A stretch of 64,000 nucleotides of DNA from Pontiella sp. (GCA_050290185.1 JBNKHE010000008.1:32001-96000), one strand, 5' to 3'. Shown: positions 10,260-21,176, counted from the first letter of the stretch. Made by a program: numbers and translations. Notes: generated by a model from the letters alone, not told the origin.

Positions 10260-10315
10260 AACCACGAAACGCACGAAAGCCGAAATGCGGAAGACCGTTC
10301 ATCGATTTCGTGGTT
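10260..10315. repeat. Intergenic CACGAA-type palindromic repeat
   Basis: AACCACGAAACGCACGAAA...TTTCGTGGTT; related to 16274-16331 and 55159-55231. Confidence 0.65.
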
Positions 10316-10331
10316 CTAAAAGGAAGTAGTC

Positions 10332-11096
10332 ATGTCCGAGAAAATCAATCTAACGCTAAAAGTCTGGCGCCAGAACCGGGGCGAAGCCGGGCGCTTCGAA
10401 ACCTATTCCGCAAACGGAATCGATAAAGACGCCTCGTTTCTCGAAATGCTCGATGTGGTCAATGACGAGCTCACGCTGGCCGGCACGGAGCCGATTGCCT
10501 TTGAGCATGACTGCCGTGAAGGCATCTGCGGATGCTGCGGCTCGCTGGTGAACGGCAAGACGCACGGCTCGCATGAACAAACCACGCTCTGCCAACTGCA
10601 CATGCGCAAGTTCAAGGACGGAGAAACCGTAGTCATTGAGCCTTTCCGTGCAAAAGCGTTCCCGGTTATCAAGGATTTGATCATCGACCGGAGCGGACTC
10701 GACCAGATTATTGCCGAAGGCGGCTATATTTCCGTCAAGACGGGAAATGCACCGGAAGCTTCGACCACTCCGGTGAAAAAGGAACTGGCCGAAGCGGCGA
10801 TGGATGCTGCCGAATGCATCGGATGCGGCGCCTGCGTAGCGGCCTGTCCGAACGGCGCGGCGATGCTCTTCACCGCGGCGAAGGTCAACCAGTACGCACT
10901 CCTGCCCCAAGGCCATCCCGAACGTATGCAGCGCGTTAAGAATATGGTCTCGAAAATGGACGAGCTGGGATTCGGCAACTGCTCGAACGAATACGAATGC
11001 GCGGTCGCATGCCCGAAGGGGATCAACGTCAGGAACATTGCCGCGCTCAACCGCGAGTTCATCAAGGCGAGTATAAAATGTGGAAGTGAAAAGTGA
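10332..11096 (+). CDS. sdhB: Succinate dehydrogenase iron-sulfur subunit
   Basis: CREGICGCC, CIGCGACVAACP, CSNEYECAVACP. Confidence 0.96.
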   Translation: MSEKINLTLKVWRQNRGEAGRFETYSANGIDKDASFLEMLDVVNDELTLAGTEPIAFEHDCREGICGCCGSLVNGKTHGSHEQTTLCQLHMRKFKDGETVVIEPFRAKAFPVIKDLIIDRSGLDQIIAEGGYISVKTGNAPEASTTPVKKELAEAAMDAAECIGCGACVAACPNGAAMLFTAAKVNQYALLPQGHPERMQRVKNMVSKMDELGFGNCSNEYECAVACPKGINVRNIAALNREFIKASIKCGSEK

Positions 11097-11203
11097 GATG
11101 TCAAACGTGAGGTGTGTCGGGTAATGCGTACTCCGTATTTCGCAGTCCTTTGAGCTTATACGCCGTACTCCTTAAGCAATGCGCTTCATCGGGAAAGGAA
11201 CCC

Positions 11204-11680
11204 ATGGCAGCAAGAAGGAAGAGGGAAACATTCTGGTCCGAGCCGATAAGCAAGGTGGATCTTCAAAAGGCGGCAGTGGTCGTTAGCGGGACGACCATTG
11301 TCGATGCCGTGAAAGAGATGAAATACAACCAGATCGGTTGTGTGATCATAACCGATGCAAATGGCAAGATGCTCGGAATATTGAGCAACGGCGACCTGAT
11401 GCATGAATTTGTCGGCTCAACGCTGCCCGGCGACACGCCCGTCGACACCATCATGACCAAAGAGCCTTTCACGGGTACCCCGGAACTGACCGTGCAGGAA
11501 GCCCTGGAAATCTTCCACTCCCAGCCCTTTCGCCATATGCCCATTCTGAGTGGCGACCAAATCAAGGGAATCCTATCCATTCGTGGATTGATGACGTTCA
11601 TTAGCGAGCACCTGCCTCTGGAAGTTATGAATCTTCCGCCGGACAGCAGTCTTATCGCAGCACGGACATCGGGGGAATAA
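11204..11680 (+). CDS. CBS domain pair protein
   Basis: IGCVII...GILSNGDL...IMT...FRHMPI...GILSIRGL. Confidence 0.88.
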   Translation: MAARRKRETFWSEPISKVDLQKAAVVVSGTTIVDAVKEMKYNQIGCVIITDANGKMLGILSNGDLMHEFVGSTLPGDTPVDTIMTKEPFTGTPELTVQEALEIFHSQPFRHMPILSGDQIKGILSIRGLMTFISEHLPLEVMNLPPDSSLIAARTSGE

Positions 11681-11683
11681 GCC

Positions 11684-13522
11684 ATGACAGAACCGAAAAC
11701 CCATTTAATGGAAAAAGACTCGGTGGTGGTTCGCTTTGCCGGAGACTCCGGCGACGGCATGCAAACCGTTGGCGAGCTCTTTGCGGATGCCAGTGCCCTG
11801 TTGGGCGACGCGATTGTAACCTTCCCGGATTTTCCGTCGGAAATCCGTGCCCCATCGGGGTCTCTTCCGGGCGTCTCCGGCTTCCAGGTGCATTTCGGTT
11901 GCAAGTCGGTCATGACACCGGGCGACAAGGCGGATGCACTCATCGTAATGAATCCCGCCGCGCTGAAGGTCAACCTGCGCGAGCTGGAGCCGAAGGGATT
12001 GCTGATCGTAAACACCGGCGCATTCAATACCGCTAACCTGAAGAAAGCTTTGTACACCTCCAACCCGCTCGACGACCCGGCATTGGAGGATGAATACCGG
12101 GTGCTCAAGGTGGACATCAACGCATTGACGGCAGAGGCCCTCAAGGATCTTCCGCTCAACCCGTCGCTGCGTGCCCGTTGCAAAAACTTCTTCGCGTTGG
12201 GGATCACCTACTGGGTTTACTCCCGTCCGCTGGACATGACGCTGGAGTGGATCGAAACCAAGTGGCGGAAAACCCTGCCCCTGATGGCCGATGCCAACAG
12301 CATCGCGCTAAAGATCGGTTATATCGTCGGCGAAAACAAAGATCTCGATATTCCGCACTACAGCGTGAACAGGCGGGTGCTGGAGGATGGGATCTATCGC
12401 AAAATCACCGGCAACGAGGCGACTGCGCTGGGATTGATTGCCGCAGCGGAAAACAGCTTTCGCGATCTGGTGCTCGGCAGCTATCCGATCACCCCGGCGA
12501 CGCCGATTCTTGAAACGCTGGCCAAGCACCGCAACTTCAACGTCAAGACCGTGCAGGCCGAGGACGAAATCGCGGCCATCGGCGTCGCGATCGGCGCTTC
12601 CTTTGCGGGCGCGCTTGGTGTGACGACCACCAGCGGGCCGGGATTGTGTCTGAAATCAGAAGCATTGGGTCTGGCCGTGATCACCGAACTTCCGCTGGTT
12701 GTTGTGAATGTACAGCGCGCCGGACCGAGTACGGGACTGCCGACGAAGACCGAGCAGGCGGACCTGCTGCAAACCTTCTACGGAAGAAACGGCGAATCGC
12801 CGGTGGCGATCATTGCCGCCGATTCTCCCGGAGATTGCTTCGACTGCGCCATCGAGGCGGCACGCATCGCCCTTCATTACCGCACGCCGGTGGTGATGCT
12901 GACCGATACCTATCTGGCTAATGGCTCCGAGCCGTGGAAGGTTCCGGATGTGACGGATATTCCCGATATTTCCGTTGAGCCGATCAAGCATGGCGAAAGC
13001 TATGCTCCGTACCAACGCAATTCCAAAACATTGGCGCGGCGTCTTGCCGTGCCCGGTCGACCCGGGTTCGAACATCGCATCGGCGGTCTGGAAAAAACAG
13101 AAGCCGGTGCCGTGAGCTACGATGCCGAAAACCACGACAAGATGTGCCGGCTCCGCGCGGAGAAGGTTCAACGGATCGCTGACAATATTCCCGAGGCCCA
13201 GGTTCTGGGTAAGGCAAAGGGCAAGGTGCTGGTCATCGGGTGGGGCAGCACGCGCGGCGCCATTACCATGGCCGTGGAGCGCCTGCAGACCGAAGGGGCG
13301 TCTGTGAGCTACACCCACCTGCGACATCTCAATCCGCTGCCAAAGAATCTCGGCGAATTGATGACGCAATTCGAACATGTGGTTGTGCCCGAGCTGAACC
13401 TTGGGCAACTGTCCCGCATTCTGCGCGCGGAATATCTGGTCGACGTTAAATCCATCAACAAGGTTCCTGGACGTATGTTCCAGATTTCCGATCTGGTGGC
13501 CGGGATTAGGGAGTATTTGTAA
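11684..13522 (+). CDS. korA: 2-oxoacid (2-oxoglutarate):ferredoxin oxidoreductase alpha subunit
   Basis: FAGDSGDGMQ, YPITPA, QAEDEIAA, TSGPG, QRAGPSTGLPTKTEQADL. Confidence 0.93.
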   Translation: MTEPKTHLMEKDSVVVRFAGDSGDGMQTVGELFADASALLGDAIVTFPDFPSEIRAPSGSLPGVSGFQVHFGCKSVMTPGDKADALIVMNPAALKVNLRELEPKGLLIVNTGAFNTANLKKALYTSNPLDDPALEDEYRVLKVDINALTAEALKDLPLNPSLRARCKNFFALGITYWVYSRPLDMTLEWIETKWRKTLPLMADANSIALKIGYIVGENKDLDIPHYSVNRRVLEDGIYRKITGNEATALGLIAAAENSFRDLVLGSYPITPATPILETLAKHRNFNVKTVQAEDEIAAIGVAIGASFAGALGVTTTSGPGLCLKSEALGLAVITELPLVVVNVQRAGPSTGLPTKTEQADLLQTFYGRNGESPVAIIAADSPGDCFDCAIEAARIALHYRTPVVMLTDTYLANGSEPWKVPDVTDIPDISVEPIKHGESYAPYQRNSKTLARRLAVPGRPGFEHRIGGLEKTEAGAVSYDAENHDKMCRLRAEKVQRIADNIPEAQVLGKAKGKVLVIGWGSTRGAITMAVERLQTEGASVSYTHLRHLNPLPKNLGELMTQFEHVVVPELNLGQLSRILRAEYLVDVKSINKVPGRMFQISDLVAGIREYL

Positions 13523-13533
13523 GGAGGGGCATC

Positions 13534-15099
13534 ATGGAAGGTTTTAAGGAATATCTGACCCGCAAGGATTTTGTCTCTTCCTCCGAAGTGCGCTGGTGCC
13601 CCGGATGCGGCGATTATGCCATACTCAATGCCGTGCAGAACGTGCTGCCACGCCTCGGTCTTCCGAAGGAGAAGTACGTATTCGTTAGCGGCATCGGCTG
13701 CTCCAGCCGTTTCCCATACTATCTGGATACCTATGGCTTTCATTCGATCCATGGTCGCGCACCCACGATTGCCACCGGCGTCAAGGTGGCGAATCCGGAG
13801 CTTTCCGTCTGGGTGGTTACCGGCGATGGCGATGGACTCAGTATCGGCGGAAACCATCTTGTACATGCGTTGCGCCGCAACCTCGACATGAATATCCTCC
13901 TGCTCAACAACCGCATCTACGGATTGACCAAGGGGCAGTACAGTCCAACCTCGGAGATCGGAAAGATTACCAAGACCAGTCCGTACGGCGTGATCGACGA
14001 ACCGATCAACCCGCTCCGTATCGCGCTGGCATCGGAGGCGACGTTTGTCGGGCGGGCGGTAGATACCGATCCGAAGCATATTGCCGAAGTCCTGGAAGCC
14101 GGTGCCGAACACAAAGGCACATCTTTCGTGGAAATCCTGCAAAGTTGCGTGATTTTCAACAAGAAGGCCTGGGCCGATATTTCCGACCGGTCCTGCCGCG
14201 AAGACCGTCTGCTCTATCTGGAACAGGGCAAGCCCCTCATTTTCGGGGAAAAGCGCAACAAGGGGATCATGCTGCGCGGCACTGACCCGATCGTGGTCAC
14301 CCTCGGCGAACACGGCGTCACCAAGAAGGACTTGGTTGTGCATGATCGATATCGCGAAGATCCAGTATATGCTTCGATGCTGACCATGATGGACTATCCG
14401 GACTTTCCGCTGCCCGTTGGAATTTTCCGCGCCGTGAAAAAACCGGTCTACGAAGAGGAGCTTGAAAAGCAAATCAAGGAAGTCACCGTGCTTAAGGGCC
14501 GCCGTAATCTGCAGGCGCTGCTGCGCGGATCGGAGTATTGGACCGTTACAAACCACGGAAAATCGATCAAGCGTTCCTCCAGTATCAGTGCGCTGGCCAA
14601 CGACGAATCGCAGGTCATGGACGAGCAGATTCACTCCGTGCTCAAATCCACTGACCCGTTGACCGCCAGCCTGAAAACCAAGGTTGGAAAGATATTCTAC
14701 GACTACGATTACCAGCGCTCGAAAATGCTCTCGCCGCGCGACAGCATTTCGAAAGCCATCGCCAACTTCAAGGCGACGCGCATCGAATGTATTCTGGTAG
14801 GCGACGAGAAGCGGCTCTACGGCATCCTGTCTGAACGGGATATTATCCAGAACGTTGTGCTGACCTCAATTGACCGGGATCGACTTCCGATCTCGTCTAT
14901 CATGCGCCCGATCTATGAAATCATGGACGAGTCGAATTCCATCGGCGATGTAATTAACATACTCTCCATCAGCGGACACCGGCATGTACCGATCCGGCTG
15001 AAGGACGGCGGTTTTGGATTGGTGACGATCCGGCAGATATTACGCTTTATCCACGACACCGTGGAACAGGTTGAAAAAAAGGAAACTAAAGATAAATGA
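13534..15099 (+). CDS. korB: 2-oxoacid:ferredoxin oxidoreductase beta subunit fused to C-terminal CBS pair
   Basis: WCPGCGD, SGIGCSSR, HGRA, GDGD...NN..YGLTKGQ.SPT; tail GILSERDI...IM...HRHVPI. Confidence 0.9.
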   Translation: MEGFKEYLTRKDFVSSSEVRWCPGCGDYAILNAVQNVLPRLGLPKEKYVFVSGIGCSSRFPYYLDTYGFHSIHGRAPTIATGVKVANPELSVWVVTGDGDGLSIGGNHLVHALRRNLDMNILLLNNRIYGLTKGQYSPTSEIGKITKTSPYGVIDEPINPLRIALASEATFVGRAVDTDPKHIAEVLEAGAEHKGTSFVEILQSCVIFNKKAWADISDRSCREDRLLYLEQGKPLIFGEKRNKGIMLRGTDPIVVTLGEHGVTKKDLVVHDRYREDPVYASMLTMMDYPDFPLPVGIFRAVKKPVYEEELEKQIKEVTVLKGRRNLQALLRGSEYWTVTNHGKSIKRSSSISALANDESQVMDEQIHSVLKSTDPLTASLKTKVGKIFYDYDYQRSKMLSPRDSISKAIANFKATRIECILVGDEKRLYGILSERDIIQNVVLTSIDRDRLPISSIMRPIYEIMDESNSIGDVINILSISGHRHVPIRLKDGGFGLVTIRQILRFIHDTVEQVEKKETKDK

Positions 15100-16271
15100 A
15101 AATACATGAATACCAAGCCAAGGAGCTGTTGAAAGGGTTCGGAATCCCCATCCAGGATGGCGTAACCATCGAAGATCTGGCGCAGGCCGAAGCGGCCATC
15201 GACCAGGTTGCAAAGGAACATAACACGGAACAATTTGTCATCAAGGCCCAGGTGCATGCCGGCGGTCGTGGCAAGGGTGGCGGCGTAAAGTTTTCCCCCG
15301 ACCGGGCCAGTGCGTTGGAGAACATCCAGAAGATTCTGGGCATGACGCTCATCACGCACCAGACCGGCGCGGAAGGGCGGCTGGTCAAGAAGGTTATGGT
15401 CAGCCAGGCGCTTGATATCGAGAAGGAGTTCTATGCGGCGATCACGCTCGACCGTTCCAAGGGAATGGATGTTTTCATGGTCTCTTCCGAAGGGGGCATG
15501 GAGATCGAGGAAGTCGCCAGGACCTCCCCCGAAAAGATCGTGAAGGAAGCGGTGGTTCCGGGATTCGGGCTACGTCCATTTCAGGCGCGCAACCTGACCA
15601 TGGCATTGGGGCTCGAAGGACAAGCCGCCAAACAGGCGGTCGGCATGTTCCAGAAACTCTACAAGCTCTACCGGGAACTCGACTGCTCCATCGTGGAAAT
15701 CAATCCGCTGGTGGTCACCGAACAGGGCGATCTGGTGGCGCTCGACGCCAAGATCAACTTTGACGACAATGCGCTCTACCTCCATCCAAATGTGGCTGAA
15801 ATGCGCGACCTGGATGAAGAAGATCCTGCGGAAGTCGAGGCGGGCAAGTTCCATCTCAACTATATCAAGCTTGATGGAAACGTGGGCTGCATGGTCAACG
15901 GCGCGGGGCTGGCGATGTCGACGATGGACATCATCAAGCAGCGCGGCGGATCTCCCGCCAATTTTCTCGACGTCGGTGGCGGTGCAAACGTGGAAACCGT
16001 AAAGAACGGATTCCGGATCATTCTTTCCGACGAAAACGTAAAGGCGGTGCTGATCAATATCTTTGGTGGAATCGTCCGATGCGACCGCATCGCCAACGGC
16101 ATTATCGAGGCGGTCAAGGAGCTGGATTTGAATGTTCCGGTGGTGGTCCGTTTAGCCGGCACGAATGCCGAGCTGGCGAAAGAACTGCTGGCCGGTTCCG
16201 GAGTATCGATTATATCCGCGGACTCCTTCGAGGACGCCGCAATCAAGGTAGTGGAAGCTGCGAGAAAATAG
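15096..16271 (+). CDS. sucC: Succinyl-CoA ligase beta subunit
   Basis: MKIHEYQAK, KAQVHAGGRGKGGGV, EINPL, NGAGLAM, ANFLDVGG, NIFGGIVRCD. Confidence 0.97.
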   Translation: MKIHEYQAKELLKGFGIPIQDGVTIEDLAQAEAAIDQVAKEHNTEQFVIKAQVHAGGRGKGGGVKFSPDRASALENIQKILGMTLITHQTGAEGRLVKKVMVSQALDIEKEFYAAITLDRSKGMDVFMVSSEGGMEIEEVARTSPEKIVKEAVVPGFGLRPFQARNLTMALGLEGQAAKQAVGMFQKLYKLYRELDCSIVEINPLVVTEQGDLVALDAKINFDDNALYLHPNVAEMRDLDEEDPAEVEAGKFHLNYIKLDGNVGCMVNGAGLAMSTMDIIKQRGGSPANFLDVGGGANVETVKNGFRIILSDENVKAVLINIFGGIVRCDRIANGIIEAVKELDLNVPVVVRLAGTNAELAKELLAGSGVSIISADSFEDAAIKVVEAARK

Positions 16272-16273
16272 CT

Positions 16274-16331
16274 AACCACGAAACACACGAACCACACGAA
16301 ACTTTCGTGCATGTTGGTGAATTCCGTGGCT
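16274..16331. repeat. Intergenic CACGAA-type palindromic repeat
   Basis: AACCACGAAACACACGAACCACACGAAACTTTCGTG...TTCCGTGGCT. Confidence 0.65.
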
Positions 16332-16350
16332 CAACAAAGAAGGTTGAACG

Positions 16351-17250
16351 ATGTCGATTTTAGTTAACAAGGATTCAAAGATTATTGTGCAGGGAATCAC
16401 AGGCTCCGAAGGAAGCTTCCACGCCTCCCAATGTCTGGAATATGGCGGCAATGTTGTTGGCGGGGTTACCCCCGGCAAAGGCGGGCAGACTGCGCTTGAG
16501 GGGGCGGTTCCGGTTTTCAACAGCTGTGCCGAAGCACGCGCCGAAACCGGCGCAAACGTCTCGCTTATTTTCGTGCCTCCGCCGTTTGCTGCGGACGCCA
16601 TTATGGAAGCGGCTGCGGCGGGGATCGAGCTGATCGTCTGCATTACGGAAGGCATTCCGGTGGCGCAGATGGTTGAGGTGAAGGCGTTCGTCGATAAGAC
16701 CGGCTCGCGGTTCATCGGGCCCAACTGTCCGGGCATCCTGACACCGAACGAAGCGAAAGTCGGCATTATGCCCGGCTTCATTGCGAAGAAGGGAACGGTG
16801 GGTGTTATTTCCAAATCGGGAACATTGACCTACGAAGCCGTCGATCAGCTTTGCCAACAGGGGCTGGGACAGTCGACCTGCATCGGTATCGGAGGGGATC
16901 CCGTTATCGGCACGACGATGAAGGATTTGTTGAAGATGTTCGAAGCTGATCCGGAAACCGAAGCGATTGTGATGATTGGTGAAATCGGCGGTTCAATGGA
17001 AATCGAGGCCGCACAGTACGCGAAGGAGAATGTCACCAAGCCGGTCATCGGATTTATTGCCGGCCAAACCGCTCCGCCGGGTCGCCGAATGGGTCATGCC
17101 GGTGCGATTGTATCCGGGGCCGATGAATCGGCCGCCGCAAAAAAGAAATTAATGGCCGAGTGCGGCATATTGGTGGTCGAGTCCCCGGCTGATATCGGAC
17201 GGACCGTTAAGAAATCTTTAAAGAGAATAGAAATTGGAGTTGAACTATGA
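16351..17250 (+). CDS. sucD: Succinyl-CoA ligase alpha subunit
   Basis: QGITG, GPNCPG, SGTLTYE, GIGGDP, GEIGG, MGHAGA. Confidence 0.97.
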   Translation: MSILVNKDSKIIVQGITGSEGSFHASQCLEYGGNVVGGVTPGKGGQTALEGAVPVFNSCAEARAETGANVSLIFVPPPFAADAIMEAAAAGIELIVCITEGIPVAQMVEVKAFVDKTGSRFIGPNCPGILTPNEAKVGIMPGFIAKKGTVGVISKSGTLTYEAVDQLCQQGLGQSTCIGIGGDPVIGTTMKDLLKMFEADPETEAIVMIGEIGGSMEIEAAQYAKENVTKPVIGFIAGQTAPPGRRMGHAGAIVSGADESAAAKKKLMAECGILVVESPADIGRTVKKSLKRIEIGVEL

Positions 17251-18533
17251 GCAACAAAGCAACACTGGAGTATGAAGACAAAAAAATAGAGCTGGATGCT
17301 ATCATAGGGACGGAAGGTGAAATCGGTCTGGATATCACGCAACTGCGAGCGCAGACGGGAATGATCACTCTCGATCCGGGCTACGGAAACACGGGGTCGT
17401 GCACATCGGACATCACGTTCATTAATGGAGAAAAGGGCATTCTGCGTCATCGCGGATACGCGATTGAGGAGCTTGCTGAAAAGTCGACCTTCATGGAAAC
17501 CGCCTTTCTGGTGCTCTATGGCCACCTTCCAAGCGCCGCAGAGCTCGCGGCATTCGAAAAGGAAATTGCAAGCGAAGCCAGCTTGCACTATGGCATGAAA
17601 AGCCACTTCGAAGGTTTTCCGGACAATGCGCCGCCGATGGCTGTACTTTCGGCAATGCTTAATGTTCTTTCGTGCTATAACACCGATCTGCTTACCACCG
17701 CGACGGAAGGTCCGAAGTTCACCGTGCCGGCGTCAAAAATTATCTCCAAAGTACGTGCCATCGCGGCCTGGGCTTACCGTACATCGATCGGCAAACCGTT
17801 TATGCCACCGCGCCCGGACCTGAGCTATACCGGTAACTTTCTGCATATGCTGTTTTCCGAAACCTTCAATCCCTACGAGCCGCTTCCCGAAGTGGAACGC
17901 GCTATGGATCTGTTCTTCACCCTTCACGCCGATCATGAGCAAAACTGTTCGACCTCGACCGTGCGCATGGTAGGGAGCTCGCGCGCGAGTTTGTTCAGTT
18001 CCGTCGCTGCCGGCGTCGGCGCGCTGTGGGGGCCGCTGCATGGCGGAGCCAACTGCGAAGTGATCAAGATGCTGACGAATATCCACGAAAACGGCATCAA
18101 GCCAAGCGTCTTTGTCGAGCAGGCCAAGGACAAAAATTCCGACGTCAAGCTCATGGGTTTCGGGCATCGTGTATACAAGAGTTTTGATCCGCGCGCCAAG
18201 ATTCTCAAGGGACAGGTAGATAACGTGCTCAAGGCTTTGAATATCGAAGATCCCTTGCTCGATATCGCCTACGAGCTCGAAGAGATGGCGCGAAGCGACA
18301 GCTACTTTATTGAGCGCAACCTGTATCCGAACGTCGACTTCTACAGCGGGATCCTGCTGCGGGCGGTCGGTATTCCAGTGGACATGTTCACCGTGCTCTT
18401 CGCCATTGGCCGCATGCCGGGCTGGATCGCCAACTGGCGGGAAATGCATGTACAAAGCCTGCGCATCAGTCGTCCGCGCCAGATCTACACCGGAGAAAAC
18501 CTCCGTTCATACGTTCCCGTCGAAGAGCGGTAG
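17247..18533 (+). CDS. gltA: Citrate synthase
   Basis: [42 protein letters not shown]. Confidence 0.97.
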   Translation: MSNKATLEYEDKKIELDAIIGTEGEIGLDITQLRAQTGMITLDPGYGNTGSCTSDITFINGEKGILRHRGYAIEELAEKSTFMETAFLVLYGHLPSAAELAAFEKEIASEASLHYGMKSHFEGFPDNAPPMAVLSAMLNVLSCYNTDLLTTATEGPKFTVPASKIISKVRAIAAWAYRTSIGKPFMPPRPDLSYTGNFLHMLFSETFNPYEPLPEVERAMDLFFTLHADHEQNCSTSTVRMVGSSRASLFSSVAAGVGALWGPLHGGANCEVIKMLTNIHENGIKPSVFVEQAKDKNSDVKLMGFGHRVYKSFDPRAKILKGQVDNVLKALNIEDPLLDIAYELEEMARSDSYFIERNLYPNVDFYSGILLRAVGIPVDMFTVLFAIGRMPGWIANWREMHVQSLRISRPRQIYTGENLRSYVPVEER

Positions 18534-18553
18534 ACCGCGTTTTCGTCATGATC

Positions 18554-18580
18554 AAGGACGGCTCGTTGAGCCGTCCTTTT
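18554..18580 (+). terminator. Rho-independent terminator after gltA (probably bidirectional)
   Basis: AAGGACGGCTC-gtt-GAGCCGTCCTT-TT. Confidence 0.8.
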
Positions 18581-19010
18581 ATCTTTCCGGAAGCCGCCGC
18601 TCAAAAATCGATTTGGCGGTTTTGTTGCCGACCACATAGATCAACAGCAAGATGAGCGGAATAGCCAGAATGTTCACGGAGATAATGTTGACGATGCCGA
18701 TGCCGAAGTAGCAGACCACGGCAACCTTGTACGCCCATAAGGCGTAGCGGATCAGGCCGATGGCGAGGATGAGGTTAATCGTAGAAAGTGCCACCACCCC
18801 CCCTGTAGGCAGTGTGATTTCTGTCAGTGCCATGATGCCGATACCTGCCAGAATCAAATGCAGCATGGCTAGAAAGCGGATGTTGAGGGCGGCGCGCCGA
18901 ACCTGCTTCTCTTTTTGAGTCAGGTCGGTTCGGGCCTTCTCCTGATCAATCCCGCAGACCGGGCAGATATCGGCTTCGGCCCGGGTGCGGCAACTCTTGC
19001 ATTGCTTCAT
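18579..19010 (-). CDS. Hypothetical membrane protein with N-terminal zinc ribbon
   Basis: CKSC...CPVCG followed by ~4 hydrophobic helices. Confidence 0.75.
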   Translation of the reverse strand: MKQCKSCRTRAEADICPVCGIDQEKARTDLTQKEKQVRRAALNIRFLAMLHLILAGIGIMALTEITLPTGGVVALSTINLILAIGLIRYALWAYKVAVVCYFGIGIVNIISVNILAIPLILLLIYVVGNKTAKSIFERRLPER

Positions 19011-19087
19011 GAATCATCTCCTGCATTTAGGAGTAGGATAGAGGATTGCTGTTACAGGTGAAAGTCCACCGTCGGGTTTTAAAAGGC

Positions 19088-19122
19088 GAACGGACCGCCA
19101 AGGGGGAGGAGGCGGTCCGTTC
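19088..19122 (-). terminator. Hairpin downstream of tpx
   Basis: GAACGGACCGCC...GGCGGTCCGTTC, T-run follows on minus strand. Confidence 0.65.
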
Positions 19123-19152
19123 TGTTGGGGTGGGTGTTTCTAGGAAAAATTC

Positions 19153-19650
19153 TTACAGTGCTGCCAGCGCAGCCTCATAGTTTGGTTCCTGGGTGATTTC
19201 GGGAACCTGTTCGGTATAGAGCACGTTGCCTGATTCATCAATCACCACAACCGCGCGGGATAAAAGTCCGGCCAGCGGTCCGTCTGCGATGGTTACGCCA
19301 TAGCTGCTTCCAAATTCCGGATTGCGGAAAACGGAAACCGGTACGACGTTATCGAGGCCTTCGGCTCCGCAGAAACGTCCCAAAGCAAAAGGCAGATCAA
19401 CCGATACGCAAAGAACGACGGTGTTGTCCAGTGAACTGGCTGCTTCGTTAAAGTGGCGGGTCGATGCGGCGCATACACCCGTATCGATACTTGGGAAAAT
19501 ATTGAGGACTACTTTTTTTCCGGCGAAATCGGCCAGCGCGCAACCGGAAAGGTCGGTTTTTACGCCTTCAAAGGCGGGTGCGTTACTACCTGCAGCCGGT
19601 AGTTCACCTACGGTGCTTACGGGGTTTCCTTTTAAAGTGATTGAAGCCAT
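19153..19650 (-). CDS. tpx: Thiol peroxidase Tpx
   Basis: [34 protein letters not shown]. Confidence 0.95.
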   Translation of the reverse strand: MASITLKGNPVSTVGELPAAGSNAPAFEGVKTDLSGCALADFAGKKVVLNIFPSIDTGVCAASTRHFNEAASSLDNTVVLCVSVDLPFALGRFCGAEGLDNVVPVSVFRNPEFGSSYGVTIADGPLAGLLSRAVVVIDESGNVLYTEQVPEITQEPNYEAALAAL

Positions 19651-19846
19651 TGTTTCTCCTTTTGTGTTTACGAGCACATACGGTAAATGAATGCCATTTG
19701 TTAATCAAGTACAATATTTGTACTATTTAACCCTCGGGCTAATGACCTTGTTTCACCGGCCGTATATAGGGTTGACCGGATAGGGGGCTAGGCTCTAGTT
19801 TTAGTCTATACATAAAGCGATCTGATAATCGCCATAGGAGAGAGGT

Positions 19847-20443
19847 ATGAAATTCATTCACACCATTACCATTTTAAGTCTAACTGTAGTTTTGACCGGT
19901 TGCGCGACCTCATCGAAGGTTCAGGACATGATCGATGCTTCGAATCAGGATTACCTGACTCAAATCAAGGAGCACGAAGGCTCGATTACGGTATTAAAGC
20001 AATCCGCTATGGCTGGATTGGAAAAGAGTTCGGAAAACGCCAAACAGCTCGATGAGCTGGTAAAACGGATGGATGCACTGGTCCGGAAAATGGTCGTTGT
20101 GCAGGATTTGGCTAATGCTTCCAAGGTCATGAGTGCGGCCAATACGGTCAAGGTGTCTGATCTCGAAGAGCGGGTTGCCACCCACGAGGAAGAGAATGCA
20201 AAAGTCATCGCGCAGATGACCGAGATCGACAAGCTTTATGAAGAGGTATTGATTCGTCAGTATCAGGCCATCGCCGAAAGTGCCAATGCGGCCATCGAAT
20301 CCCTGAAGGAAGACGGATTCTCCGCTTCCACCAATGCGCCCGTGAAGCTTGATGAGCCCATAGAAATTGTTGCTCCCGATACGGCCACACCGACCAACGG
20401 GTCTGATCCGGCGCCGGGAGGAAAGACCGTGCCGATGGATTGA
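19847..20443 (+). CDS. Hypothetical coiled-coil lipoprotein
   Basis: Lipobox LTGC, heptad-rich helical body, RBS AGGAGAGAGG. Confidence 0.75.
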   Translation: MKFIHTITILSLTVVLTGCATSSKVQDMIDASNQDYLTQIKEHEGSITVLKQSAMAGLEKSSENAKQLDELVKRMDALVRKMVVVQDLANASKVMSAANTVKVSDLEERVATHEEENAKVIAQMTEIDKLYEEVLIRQYQAIAESANAAIESLKEDGFSASTNAPVKLDEPIEIVAPDTATPTNGSDPAPGGKTVPMD

Positions 20444-20468
20444 CGCTCGTGAGTGATCAGCCTGTATC

Positions 20469-20506
20469 CACCCGCCCTGCCGTTGTAGAGCGGGTGTTTG
20501 TTTTTC
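20469..20506 (+). terminator. Rho-independent terminator
   Basis: CACCCGC...GCGGGTG followed by TTTGTTTTTC. Confidence 0.65.
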
Positions 20507-20561
20507 TGGCTTGATGCCATTCGAATGCACTTTTAAGTTATGCCAAAGCAAAGGAACCGTT

Positions 20562-21173
20562 ATGGATCAGCAAGCACGCACCGCCCATATCACGCGCAAT
20601 ACCAAAGAAACACAGATTGAGCTTTCGTTGGATATCGACGGCAAGGCCGAGTATGAGATTTCCACCGGGGTTCCCTTTTTCGACCACATGCTTGATCTAC
20701 TCGCCAAACATGCACTGTTTGACCTAAGGATCAAGGCTTCCGGTGATATCGATGTGGATTATCATCATCTTGTTGAAGATGTCGGCATTGTGCTGGGTGA
20801 GGCACTGAATCAGGCGCTGGGTGACCGCAAGGGGATCAACCGCTACGGTTTCTGGGTCCTGCCGATGGATGAGGCGCAGGCACAGGCTGATGTCTGTCTT
20901 GATCTCGGCGGCCGGCCCTTCTTCGTCTATCACGTGGAACACGATCAGAAATATATCCGCGACTTCGATGTGACGATCATTAAACATTTTTGGCGCTCGT
21001 TTTGCGACTCGGCCAAAATGAACCTCCACATCGAACTGAAGTTTGGTGAAGACCTTCATCATTGTATTGAAGCCATCTTCAAGGCTGTTGCCCGCGCGTT
21101 GCGTGTTGCGTGCGATAGCGATCCGCGCGCCTTGGATCTGATTCCTTCCAGCAAGGGGCGCATCGGCGCCTAG
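20562..21173 (+). CDS. hisB: Imidazoleglycerol-phosphate dehydratase
   Basis: RNTKETQI, FFDHML, D.HH.VED.GI, PMDE, HH.IEA.FKA. Confidence 0.96.
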   Translation: MDQQARTAHITRNTKETQIELSLDIDGKAEYEISTGVPFFDHMLDLLAKHALFDLRIKASGDIDVDYHHLVEDVGIVLGEALNQALGDRKGINRYGFWVLPMDEAQAQADVCLDLGGRPFFVYHVEHDQKYIRDFDVTIIKHFWRSFCDSAKMNLHIELKFGEDLHHCIEAIFKAVARALRVACDSDPRALDLIPSSKGRIGA

Positions 21174-21176
21174 CCC

